From positions 12,400,001 through 12,464,000 of the forward strand of contig JBHGNT010000017.1 in the NCBI GenBank assembly GCA_043228905.1: a stretch of 64,000 nt of DNA. The letters run 5' to 3'. How positions within the stretch are numbered: the stretch's first letter is position 1; every line of letters begins with the position of its first letter. This document shows positions 23,601 to 35,446 of this stretch, piece by piece. This DNA is from Azolla caroliniana. Its lineage: Eukaryota > Plantae > Polypodiophyta. The notes under the pieces were generated by a model. The model searched no databases, had not been told where the DNA came from, and saw only the letters and a list, made by a program, of their open reading frames with translations. Both the position numbers and the translations under genes were made by a program.

Positions 23601-24922
23601 ATTAATATGGGGATTAAGGCTTTGTGGGAGTGCCCAGACCAGGATGAGGAGGTCGGTGCAAAGAACCTCGCCAATACAGAAAGGTTTCAACCTGCTTCGC
23701 GAGAGCCTATTCCTCCGTTAGCCGGCGAACCGGGGGAGCTAATAGAGCTTGATGATGAGCTTATAGAAGATATTTCGTTGGCTCGGCTAACAGGGGAAAC
23801 CAATGCACGTATAGCCGAAGATAATTCTACACAAGATGATGAAGAAAATGACGTTGATGAATTGATTGCTATGTAATAGACTCTATGAAGAATATGACAC
23901 TGACGATTTGTTAAGATTTCACATTATTAATACAAATTTTGGGTTTTACCTAGTGGATTCTATTCTTTATAATCTTCTATATGTTTCAATTTTATTTTTA
24001 TATACTTGATTAGTAGATTTATGGCATTGGTTTCACCGCGTGCATAGCTGACTACCAAACTTATGGAGAAACATGAACTAGTTTAAATGGAGGCTGATTT
24101 TGGTCCAAGCTAACCTTAACAGAACATGGCCCTATAATTGTTGCCATGACTGTCCATGTTGTTATTATGGATCTTTGTCTTCTATTGGTAAAACTATTAT
24201 GTTTCTATTCCATTGTTGTTTAGATTGTGTAGTGTGTTGATAATGGTTCCAGTTGCGTTATCGTTTGGAGTTTGATCTTGTGTGAATCACCTAAGCAATA
24301 GAGTAGATCAATTTTAAATACAGGTATGAAAGCCTAATAGGTTTGTTATTTCCACGACATTATCCTAAAGTTCACTGCCTTACATTGTCCACAATTATAA
24401 ACATATGGTTTGATCCCATATGAACAAACTGAGGAATAGATTAGATCAACTTTAAATACAAGTATTGAATACTTTAATAAGTTAGTTATTCCAATCACTT
24501 ATCCTAATGTGCACTATCCTACATTTTCCACAATTACATACATGCACGTATGGGTCAAAGTATAAATTATATCTCATTTTATTAGTATGGATACAAGTAC
24601 ACATGATATTTTTGTAAAACTTACCTAATTAATATAAGTCTTTAAGTTAGTGTTTCCCTTGTCGCACAGTAGTGACATATTGAGCCATAGTTGAACTTTA
24701 TTATGCCTACATTAACTTATCAACATGTCTAAACTTGCATGATTTCTAATGATCTCCACTCGTAGATCTATCATGTATTTTTATATTTGCAAATTCTCAT
24801 CAAGTTGAGGAACATGTGATACTAGTGCATCCAATTTTTGTAGAGAGGGTGTATTTGCTTCGTTTTAAGAAGATTCTACAAGTGGAATGCGCAATCCTTC
24901 CACTTGTGAACGTGAACGTGTT
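20653..24922. mobile_element. TIR DNA transposon copy 1 (internally deleted), carrying the ParB-like/DNA methyltransferase gene
   Basis: 36-bp TIRs AACACGTTCGCGTTCACAAGTGGAAGAATCGCGCAT (20653-20688) and inverted at 24887-24922. TSD GTAA (20649-52, 24923-26). Flanking gag-pol rejoins when it is removed. Confidence 0.95.
21165..23876 (+). CDS. 5'-truncated spliced gene: ParB/Srx-like domain plus beta-class N6A/N4C DNA methyltransferase
   Basis: Exons 21165-22288, 22365-22503, 22587-23053, 23142-23434 and 23524-23876 join by GT-AG introns into one stop-free frame (~790 codons). ParB-like YFVIGGSHSAEA...IYVGLT.EEA. MTase motifs CGDVIDL, IADIPYG, W-IK, NPYQKP.RLMMRLI, GDWILDLFSGTGTT.ACA, ALEKD. 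Confidence 0.85.
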
Positions 24923-26522
24923 GTAAGCAGAAGGTTGCCCCGTCATTCAAACTCGCCTCCGACATAGAAACATCCACCGACCTAAAGTATGTGCTCGAAT
25001 CTAGGATTCTCGATAGTAAAGTCAAGTTAACACACCGAGAAGTAGTAGGGATCACGAAGAAGGAATTTCATGAAATGATCATTGATGTGATTCGGAGAAA
25101 AAGACAAGTGATTGAAGAAACGGGTGGAGTAAATACCGTCACGATACGGGAGGAAGATGAAGATATGGAGACTGCATTGTTAGCCAGGGTACGGAGTGCT
25201 GACATATAGTGTAGTCATGAAGAGGAAAGAAGCCATTACACCCGCACACACTAGGCTCGGGCGACAACCGAGGCTCCAGTCAGAATTGGTGATTAGATGG
25301 AACCATGTGTGGCACTCATCGACCACGGCTCCGAGATTAAGATCATATCATCTTATTTCTACAATTGTGGGAGATGGCCAATAGAAACAAACCACGGGTG
25401 GAAGGTCAAACAGTGACTGAGGTTGTGGAGGATTTATGTGGCGCATGCCCCAATATTAAAGTTACAATTGGGGATGTGTTAGTAGATCAAAACTTCTTCG
25501 TCCAACAGAAGTCATATTATCCAATAATTCTAGGGAAACCGTACATCAAAGTAGTACGAATGGAGACTAAAGTGATTGATAACGGAGCGACATTTGCCAA
25601 GCTTCGGACTCAGGATGGGAAGAGGTCGGTACAGTTCCTTACTATTCAACCAAATCATGAAAGGAATAAGGAGCATCTACGGGATCATCCACTACGAGAT
25701 GTGGGGGATTTCGTACAAGATTCCTAGAGTGGGCCCTTACAAAAAGGGGTTGTGATGGCCCGAGGGAGGTAAGAAGCCCCATTCACAATATTTACGATCT
25801 AGGAAAATTATATGTTGCGTCGGTAGATGGCACAACTATAATAGAAGATTTCAAAGGAAATAAATTCCGAAAAATAGAAAAAGAATTACAAGGTAGAGTC
25901 ATGATAGATTCAGACGAAAAATTAGTGAATATATTTGAAGAATATTGTTTTAATAATACAGTAGGAGAGTTGGAGTCTCTAATGACGGAAGATGATGAAG
26001 CTAAAGTTATGGTAAACTCCATTGAGATGTTCAAAACCATCAAGGAGTATCTTCAAAATGAAGAAGCTCGAATAAAAACAAAGTACAAAACGGTGGAGAA
26101 GAAGGTTCGGCCCACAGCAACACCGTTTCTAGAAGACAGTGAAAAGATAACGACGGAGGTGTCGACCAAGCCAATTCTTTGGGATCCAAAGAGAATTGGG
26201 CACAAATTCATGCAAGAAACAATTAAAGAACTAACAATTGGAAGGGGGAACTTCCTAACGCCTACGGAAGAAACCTAATTTAGAAAAATGCTAGGGCGGC
26301 ACGGGAAAGCATTCTCCTTCAACCTTGAAGAAATTGGATGTGTGGATCCAAAAGTAGTTGAACCAATGGTCATCTTCATGATCCCACACATTCCATGGAA
26401 TCTAAAGCCAATCCCAGTGCCAAGAGTCGGGATACCGCAATTAATCGAGCTTCTAAAAGAGAAAGTTAAGATGAGCATCTTGGAACCATCAAACACGCCA
26501 TACTCAAGTAGATGGTTTACGG

Positions 26523-29500
26523 TGTCGTAGTGTATTTCGTAGACTATGTGAAAACGTGTAAAATAACCGATTGAATAAATATGAAGAAAAAGAAAGAAAT
26601 ATCAAAATATATATTACATGCATAGGGCAAGATTCAAACATTGTACCTCCATGTTAATCATTTGAAGCCTTACCATTACACTAACACATCATGAATGTTA
26701 GAAAAGTAGATATCCCATATAGAAAGGTTACTTCACGCATATTTTCTAGGAAAAAGCTTTAGTTAGAAGAAAAACACATGATAGAAAAAAGCTACACATG
26801 CACATCTAGCGTGCATAAACACTATAGTCGATAAAAAAACGCATGAGGTTAGAAAAAGCATGTTAGAGAAAGCATATAGTCTATAGACAGAGAAAGCATG
26901 GAGTCCATATTTAGAGAAAAAGCATGGATTGCTAAGACTCTCTCATCACTATATAAAGATGGGGAGCACAATGTAATGGGAGGGTGAAAATTTTGGAAAA
27001 TGGATATATTTCTAAAAACACGAATTAATAAATTATATTTATGGGATTCACGAAATAAACTATACTCGTGGGATTCATGAGGTTTCTATATCTCTCTCTT
27101 TCAATCCAAAATCATATTCTTATCTTAATATTGATTAATCTAATAAAATCTATTCATAACTATACTCGTCTCAAATTCTTCCTCCTCCTAGTCCCGAACC
27201 CCAGCAGTTCCCATCTGACTCACGCAACGATCCGGCCCGAAAGGCACGACACAGTTGGTGAACCCGACGTGAAAATAGGCGGCAAGGAGATGGAGTATCA
27301 ACAAGAGGCCAACAACATGATGACAATTTTGGAGTGGATACTGTAGGAACAATGTGCGATGTCGGATGTCGCAGCGGCCGTAGAACGAGTCTTAAAACGG
27401 GATGGTCAATTTGATGGGAAGGATGTGTCACATTATCTTCGGGACTTTAAGGTAGAGATGTTGCGTTGCGGAATATCGGAAGGATTGCAAGTGACATCCT
27501 TCAATCGGGTGGCTATAGATGGGTTTCAAGAGAATATCCCTAGGATACGACAACAAAATCCGACGTGGGAAGCGTTTGAAGAAACGCTAAAGATTACATT
27601 TTCTATTGAGAACTCCTCCAAGGTGACGCGGAGATGATTCGAAGATTGGGTGGAAACACCACTACAGAGGACACGACTACAGAGAGTGGCCACACCAATA
27701 CATGGGCAAACGTGCGGGACATCGTCGCGCAATACCCAAAAAGGGGGCAATAGCTTGGTAATGAAGAAAAGAGGGTTTCAGAACCGATTCCAAAACCAAG
27801 ATCCGGATTGGAAGACCACCAACCACGGGCTCGAGAAACTACGACCGAGAAGGGAATCGAAGTAACTACAATGGAGCAATTGCTAAAAGAGATGGAGAAT
27901 CTTAAGATTTCCATGGTGAAGAAATCCGAAGACTATCCCACAAGTTCTAGGTATACGGACCGACGGTGCATATGGTGCAATAGTGTCGAACATGATCGGA
28001 AGGAATGCGATGAGCTCAAGGAGGCTCTACGGCAAGATCTTATCTACTATGAAGGAAATCGGATCCATTCGATGGATACTTGGAAGCCACTCCGACCGAA
28101 CTTCTGAAAGGCGACATGAAGAAGGTCCTACAGGAGGAGATAGAGGTAAAAATCAATTATGCGACAACTCCAAGAATACATGTGGTTGAGATATCTAAAG
28201 TGAAGGCATCTTTCTGGCAAGATGTGGAGATTGAACAAAATTTCTTCGTGCAAGATGAGGTCTCACATACTGTGATCCTTGGGCAACCCTTTATCACGGC
28301 TTCACGGATGGAGACAAAGGTGCTCGATAGCGGTGTGGCTTTTGCATGAATTCGGAGTCAAAGCGGAGGGAAAACCGTCCAATTCCTAATTGTGCCATCA
28401 AATCACGAAAGGAACAAGAGAGAGATCTTGTCCCAAAAAAAAATGGATTTTTAAAGAGGACTGTTGCAGAGTGGGGAAGTGATAGTTCGAGAAGCCTTGA
28501 TACCCCACATAGGAACAAAAGTCTCGGAGCAAAACAAGTACGAATCGGTCTGGATGGGGCATCAACATACACGGTCGTAACCGGAGTAATGAAGAAAGAA
28601 TTCTGAAAGGTGCAAGATGAGTTACGGTATGCATCAATCATAAAAGAAGACGAAGAAATCATTGGAGTAATTGAAGAAGTGTTCTACGGAAGGACACTGC
28701 AAAGGCTTGAAGAGCTTGAAGAAGAGAATCACCATGCAGATCAGGTAGTTCCAGTGGAATCGGTCGAGATATACAAGATCATTGCGGAAATGGAGCCGGA
28801 TGCGCTCCGCAAAGAAGAAGCAATGGTATGTATGAAATATAAGACCGTGGAAAGAAAGGTGAAACCATATGCGGGACCATTACCCGCCAATAGTGAACAA
28901 AAGATGAAAGAAGTCTCGGAAGTCCATGGATATTGGACATACATTTACCAATGAGACCCGAAAGAAACTCCGGATTGGTGGAGGCGGGTTCCTCTTAAAG
29001 AATGAAGAAGAACGATTTTGTGAGATGTTGGAGCAACATGGAAAAGCATTCGCATTCACACCAAAAGAGATAGGGTGTGTTGATCCAAAGATAGTGGAGT
29101 AGGTTGTGATCTTCATGATTGATTATGTGTCGTGGAACTTGAAGCCAATTCCGGTGCCACGGGCACGAAAAGGTGGCAATGGGGATTCTAGAGCCATCAA
29201 ACACTCCGAAAAAGAATGGGTCACTCCGGTTCATTCAAAATTTACAACCGGTGAATAAAGTCACAATTCGGAACGCTGGAGTTGGTCCGATAGTGGATGA
29301 ATTTGCAGAAACATTTGCCGGACATGCGATATAATCTATCGGAGAACTATACACCAAATATGACCAGTTCCAATTAGGTATGGATAGTCAGGACATCACT
29401 ACGATGCGAACACCGATGGGATTAGTTCGTATGTGTACACTCCCACAAGGAGCTACGAACTCAATCGCACATATCATGAATGCAATGAACAAGGTGCTCT

Positions 29501-32500
29501 GAGACTGCATTCCAAAGATAACAATGTCGTTCCTGGATGACATCCGAGTCAAAGGATGTCCGGTGGAAGAAAAGGATGGGACTATGGATGATCGAGGACG
29601 TTGAAATTTTGTAGTGGACCATATTCGCGATTGCGAGAAATTGCTACGGAAGTTAGAAGATGTGCTCCTAACACTCTCCGGAGAGAAATCGGCATTCAGA
29701 CAAGAAGAGATATTGGTAGTCAAACATCTATGTGGGCCCTACGGCCAAAGACCGTCGCCAATCAAGATCAATGCGATTCAAGCTATTAAAGAGATATGCA
29801 AGTCACAATCTGATAGTCCGTATATTTCTTGGTGCATGTGCATTTTACCACATATGGATTCCACACTATGCACATATTGCGGGCCCACTCTATCACTTGC
29901 TGCGGAAGGGTAAGAAGTTCGAATGGAGTCTAGAACATACCACAGCCATGAAGAAACTCAAGAAATTACTACCGAGGGTTGAAGCACTTAAGAAGCCGAA
30001 CTATGACTGAGCAATCATAGTAATGGTTGATACAAGTCCAACTAGGATCGGATGGGTCATCAACCAAGTCGACTCGGATGGTTTGCGATATCCGATCCGA
30101 TTCAGAGCAAAGACTCTCGACTAAAGGCAATGCAGATATGCACAAGTTAAAAGAGATTTATGGGGAGTCGTGCCAGCGATAAAATCAGATCGGGATTATT
30201 TGATTGGAGCCGAAGTAGTGATCGAAACGGATTGTCTTCCCATATTAGGGATGATGCGATGTTACACAGTACCGGATGTGGCTATGCTAAGATGGATTGC
30301 ATATGTAAAGTCACTTAATCCAAATATCCGACACATCTCTTGAAAAGACAACACAGTAGCATATATGTTATCAAGAGCACGGTTCGGAGATGAAGTAGCC
30401 GAAACGGATAATGAAGAAGATTACTTTACTTCAACGCATATATCCCAGGTAAATGTAATTCAAAAGTTCCGAGAACACGAGTACGAAGGAGAAAGCTTAC
30501 TGATTAGGAAGGTGCTACAAGAAATCAAGGAATCATTAGACCATAAAGACAATAGAGTCGAGATTCGACGGAAGAAACGACAAGTCAGCAAGTTCTTCTT
30601 AGACAATGGATTAATCTGGAGGGAGCCGAAAAGACGGGATGGCATACCACTACGGGTAGTCGGCAGAAGGGAACAATAGGAACAAATAATATCCGAATTT
30701 CACGAATCCGATTGGGTTGGACATCAGGGAACATGGGCAACATTTGCGAAGATCAAGAAAAAATATTGGTGGAGAATATGTACAAAGATGTAGCGGAGTT
30801 TACGAGAAGTTGCGAGAAATGCCAAATCTACTCTGGAGTTCGACACCGAGATGAATTAGATCTGACATTCTCACGGAGAATCAATTTTAAATGGATGGTC
30901 GACATCGTGGCCATGCCAACAGGGATCGGACAAAACAAGTACTTGGTGCTAGCTCGGGAGGATCTAAATAACCAAGTAGAGGGTCGGGTGTTACGGAGAA
31001 AAACATGTTCTGCAGTATGCCAATTTCTCTTGGAAGAAGTGTTCTGCAAGTATGGGTGCGTAGGACAAGTAGCGGATCGGGGAGAACTTGATTCCGATAA
31101 AGCCAGGGAATTCTTCGCTAAACATGGAGTTCAGTTGACACTAACCATGGCATACAATCCAGAAGCAAATGGGAATATCGAATGAGGACATAGTCCAATC
31201 GTGAAAGCACTTGCGAAAGCATGTGATGGAAGAGTGAAGAATTGGCTACAAATACTTCCATATGCACTATGAGCGGATCGCATGACACATAGTTCCGTGA
31301 CCGGTTATATGCCAATAGAACTTATGACCGGAAAAATGCCAATAATGCCTATGGAAACCACAATTGCAACATGGACAATACTACCATGGAAGGAAGAGAT
31401 GAGTCGGGAAGAACTACTAGCGATCCGGATACAACAGTAAGAGGGAATACAAGAAGATGTAATGGAAGGCATACATCGACAATAAGAAGCACGATTCCGG
31501 AACAAAAGACGATTCGACACAAAGCACCGTCTACGACCCTGAAAGATTGAAGAAGGGGATTGGGTGATAGTCTACGACAGTAGTTTGGAACATCATCATA
31601 GTTCGATGCGAAAATTTGCTAAACGGTTGTTCAGACCATACGAAGTTCGGAAGGTATTCAACAATAAAACATACCAATTATGTGAGTTGGACTGGACAGT
31701 AAGACGGGTACCTGTAGTAGGGAAACAAGTGAAGATTTTCAAGAAGCGAAGTGACGACGAATCCTATGTTAGTTTCGACAACACTGATACAAAGGAGCAA
31801 TCAGACAAAAGTTACGAAGGTTTGGAAAGCAATGAAAGTGGGCTAGAATTAATAATTGACATAGGGGAAGAGACTGAGGGTACTACGGATGAAGGAGAAT
31901 AACGAGCTCCAACAACATCAGCACATACCAGAGGATGTGCGGGTTTGGAGGGGGCGAGTGTCGTAGTGTATTTTGTACACTACGTGAAAAATGTGTAAAA
32001 TAATCGATTGAATAAATATAAAGAAGAAAAAAGAAATATCAAAATATGTATTACATGCAAAGGGCAAGATTCAAACCTTGTACTTCCATGTTAATCATTT
32101 GAAGCCTTACCATTACACTAACACATCATGAATGTTAGAAAAGTAGATATCCCAATAGAAATGTTACTTCACGCATATTTTCTAGGAAAAAGCTTTAGTT
32201 AGAAGAAAAATGCATGATAGAAAAAAGCTACACATGCACATCTAGCGTGTATAAACATTATAGTCGATAAAAAATGCATGAGATTAGAAAAAGCATGTTA
32301 GAGAAAGCATATTGTCTATAGATAGAGAAAGCATGGAGTCCATAGTTAGAGAAAAAGCATGGATTGCTAAGACTCTCTCATCACTATATAAAGATGGGGA
32401 GCACAATGTAATGGGAGGGTGAAAACTTTGGAAATTGGATATATTTCTAAAAACACGAATGAATAAATTATATTCATTGGATTCACGAAATAAACTATAG

Positions 32501-32737
32501 TCTTGGGATTCACGAGGTTTTCTATATCTCTCTCTTTCAATCCAAATTCATATTCTTATCTTAATATTGATTAATCTAATAAAATACATTATACTCGTAG
32601 GATTCACGAGGTTTCTATCTCTCTTTCTTAAAATCTATTCATAACTATACGTGTCTCAAATTCTTCCTCCTCCCAGTCCAAAACCCCAACAGTTCCCACC
32701 CGACTCACGCAACGATCCGGCACCGAAAGGCACGACA
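26523..32737 (+). mobile_element. Full-length degenerate Gypsy element (tRNA-Trp PBS) nested in the outer Gypsy RT
   Basis: LTRs 26523-27251 and 31959-32737. TSD ACGG (26519-22, 32738-41). PBS TGGTGAACCCGACGTGAA at 27256. PPT GGAGGGGGCGAG at 31947-58. Broken gag (FDGKDVSHYL) and pol (MCTLPQGATNS, FLDDI, YNPEANG). Confidence 0.93.
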
Positions 32738-34545
32738 ACGGTGCAAAAGAAGGATGGGCGGCTTCGATTCATTCAAGACATGCAACCTATGAATCAAGTT
32801 ACTATCCGGAATTCTGGTGTGGGGTGAATAGTAGATGAGTTTGTAGAGATGTTCACCGGAAGGGTGATCAACTCCATGTGTGATCTCTATTGCGGCTACG
32901 ACCAGTTCCAGCTTGCGATCGGTAGTCAAGATATCACCTCCATCAGGACTCCTATTGGATTACTTCGGATGTGTACCCTACCTAAAGGTGCGACCAACTC
33001 GGCCACGCACATGATGAATGGTATGCACAAAGTTCTCCGATATTTTATTCCTCACATAACCATGCCTTTCTTGGATGATATACCCATTAAAGGATGTGAT
33101 GAAAGAATGAAGAATGAAGAATTGGATAGTGGTAGATGTCTGAAGTTCGTTCAGGATCACATAGAAGATTGTGATAAAGTGCTTTCAAGACTAGAGGAGG
33201 TACACCTAAAACTTTCGGCTCCAAAATCAATATTCGGGTTTTAAGAAGTACTAGTGGTAGGACATATGTGTGGGCCATATGGAAGGAAGCCAGCACCAGG
33301 GAAGATCAACGCAATACAGAATATGAAAGAGGAATGCAACTCTATATCTGAAGTTCAGAGGTTCTTGGGTGCATGTGTCTTTTATTGCAGGTGGATTCCA
33401 CATTATGCCAACATATCAGATCCATTGTATCGACTATTAAGAAAAAGGGAAGCATTCGAGTGGACAAAAGAACACTCAAATGCAATTAGAAGACTGAAGG
33501 AGAATTTGGTGAAAGCTCCTGCTTTGCAACAACCTAACTACACCCGACTGATAATCCTCACAGTTGATTCAAGTTCGATTGGAATCGGGTGGGTGATAAG
33601 CCAACAAGATAAGGAAGGAGAAAGACATCTGATTCGATTTCGTGCGAAGGTACTTAGTGGACGTCAACGAAAGTACTCGCAAGTGAAGAGAAGACCTTAC
33701 AAATCAAGTTGAAGGAAGAGCACTAAGATCGAAGACCACGTCAGCAGTATGCCAATTCATATTAGAGGATATAGTATGTAGATATGGGTGTATAGGAAAG
33801 ATAGTGGCTGATAGAGGTGAGCTCAATTCTGATGACGCAAGGGAGTTCTTTGATAGAATTGGAATTCAACTATCATTGACAACAACATATAATCTTGAGG
33901 CAAATGGAAAGATTGAAAGAGGTCATAGCCCGATAGTGAAAGCACTTGCAAAGGCGTGCAAAGGTAAAGCAAGTAATTGGCCGAAGGTCTTGCCATATGT
34001 ATTGTGGGCGGATAAGACCACACATCGTTCAGTGACATGATATAATATGCTGATACAACTCATGACAGGACAAAGGTCGATGATGCCGATTGAAGAGAAG
34101 ATTGCTACATGGGCAATGCTACCATGCGAGTTAGATATGAGTAGAGAAGACTTGCTAGATTTTCGTATCCGACCACTATAATGTCAAGCAAAAGATGTAG
34201 AAAAGATTGCTGAGAAATTGAAGGAAGCTCGGATAAAGAAGAAAGCAAGATTTGACAAAGTAAACAGATTATGACCACGAAAGATTCAAGAAGGAGACTA
34301 GGCGTTGGTACTGGATAGTAGCCTCGAGAACCAATACAGTACAATGAGGAAGTTCACAAAACAGTGGTTTGGGCCTTATGAAGTACGGAATGCGATTGAT
34401 AAGGCAACCTACTACTTGAATGAGTTGGATGGAACTGAGGTACAGACGCCGATTGCGGGAAAAGGAATAAAGATTGTTAAAACAAGAGAACACACCAAAC
34501 CTAATCCCATAGAAAATGAGGATGAAGAATTTTCAAAAGAGGATC

Positions 34546-34932
34546 TATAGAAAGTAGCGTGCGGAAGCAGGTATGAAGACAGAACAGAGGAAGGAAACAC
34601 AGGTTTAATGGAGAGCTTGGACTTACACGGTATACGCGGGAGAGACAGAGAGAGTAGACACAAAAAACTTTATTCAATAATAACACTCAAGTCTGTACAT
34701 AAGACGTGCTCAGTGAGCACTTTTATACAAGTCCTAGAAGGACTGACCGAAGTACTAACAGTACGTCAATGCTCATCAAGAGCCCCTACACTAACTCCCA
34801 AATATATTCCTCACGGAATATCTTTCCTAACGACCTCCCGGCTTACGTACTCGGCTTAACCGATCGGTCCCAACCGATCCGGTCCTCGGCTTCTTCAGCT
34901 GATCCGGTTTATGTTGAGCTTGTCTCTCAACA
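34546..34932 (-). repeat. Copia solo LTR
   Basis: Similar to the LTR at 40809-41207. TSD GGATC (34541-45, 34933-37). Confidence 0.8.
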
Positions 34933-34990
34933 GGATCAAACTGAAGTTGTGTGAACTCGACCACAGGTGTGCAAATTTAGAGTGGGTGGG

Positions 34991-35410
34991 TGTAGAGAAG
35001 TTATTGCTTCACAATGTGAAAAATCTATAGAAAGAAATTTCCCATATGGAACTTGTGGCGAGGAGCATATGCAAATTTTCGGTTCGTGAATCGGAGTTCA
35101 GGAGCCCAAGATACAAGCTTAGGAAGGATTAATGTTACTTAGGACACAAATGTAATTATGTCAAAAGGGGGAGTCAAAATTAAATGAGGGCGATTTCTAT
35201 AATTTCTCAAATGTACAACTACAAAATCGAATTTGTAGAATCAATAAATAAAATATAAAAATACAACCGCCTGAAGAGGGTGGTAGGGCGGTTTGCCACC
35301 CTATATAAGCCACACCCATGGTGGCTAAAGGAGAGAAGGGGGAGAAGGCGAAAGGAAAAGAGGAAGAAAAAGCGAGTGAGGAAGCTCGTGTGGGTGTGGG
35401 ATGCAGAGCA
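34991..35410 (+). repeat. Truncated 3' LTR of outer Gypsy
   Basis: Matches 7741-~8200 and is preceded by a purine tract. Confidence 0.7.
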
Positions 35411-35446
35411 TGGAAGTATATTTTGGTAATAATCCATAGTACTTAT

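Larger units (their letters stand above)
7741..35410 (+). mobile_element. Outer degenerate Gypsy element (tRNA-Trp PBS) hosting nested insertions
   Basis: 7741-~8200 recurs at 34991-~35410 (both start TGT(T/A)G(T/A)GAAG; purine tract AGAGTGGGTGGG before 34991). gag 8769-9435 continues at ~19760-20652. pol pieces 24927-26522 and 32742-34540 rejoin across the insertions (KGK|QKVAPSFKL; WFT|VQKKDG). Confidence 0.75.

Noticed and set aside
21165-23876. Bacterial or phage contamination as the source of the MTase
   Set aside because: It has GT-AG introns, is bounded by TIRs with TSDs, and is embedded in plant retrotransposons at two loci.
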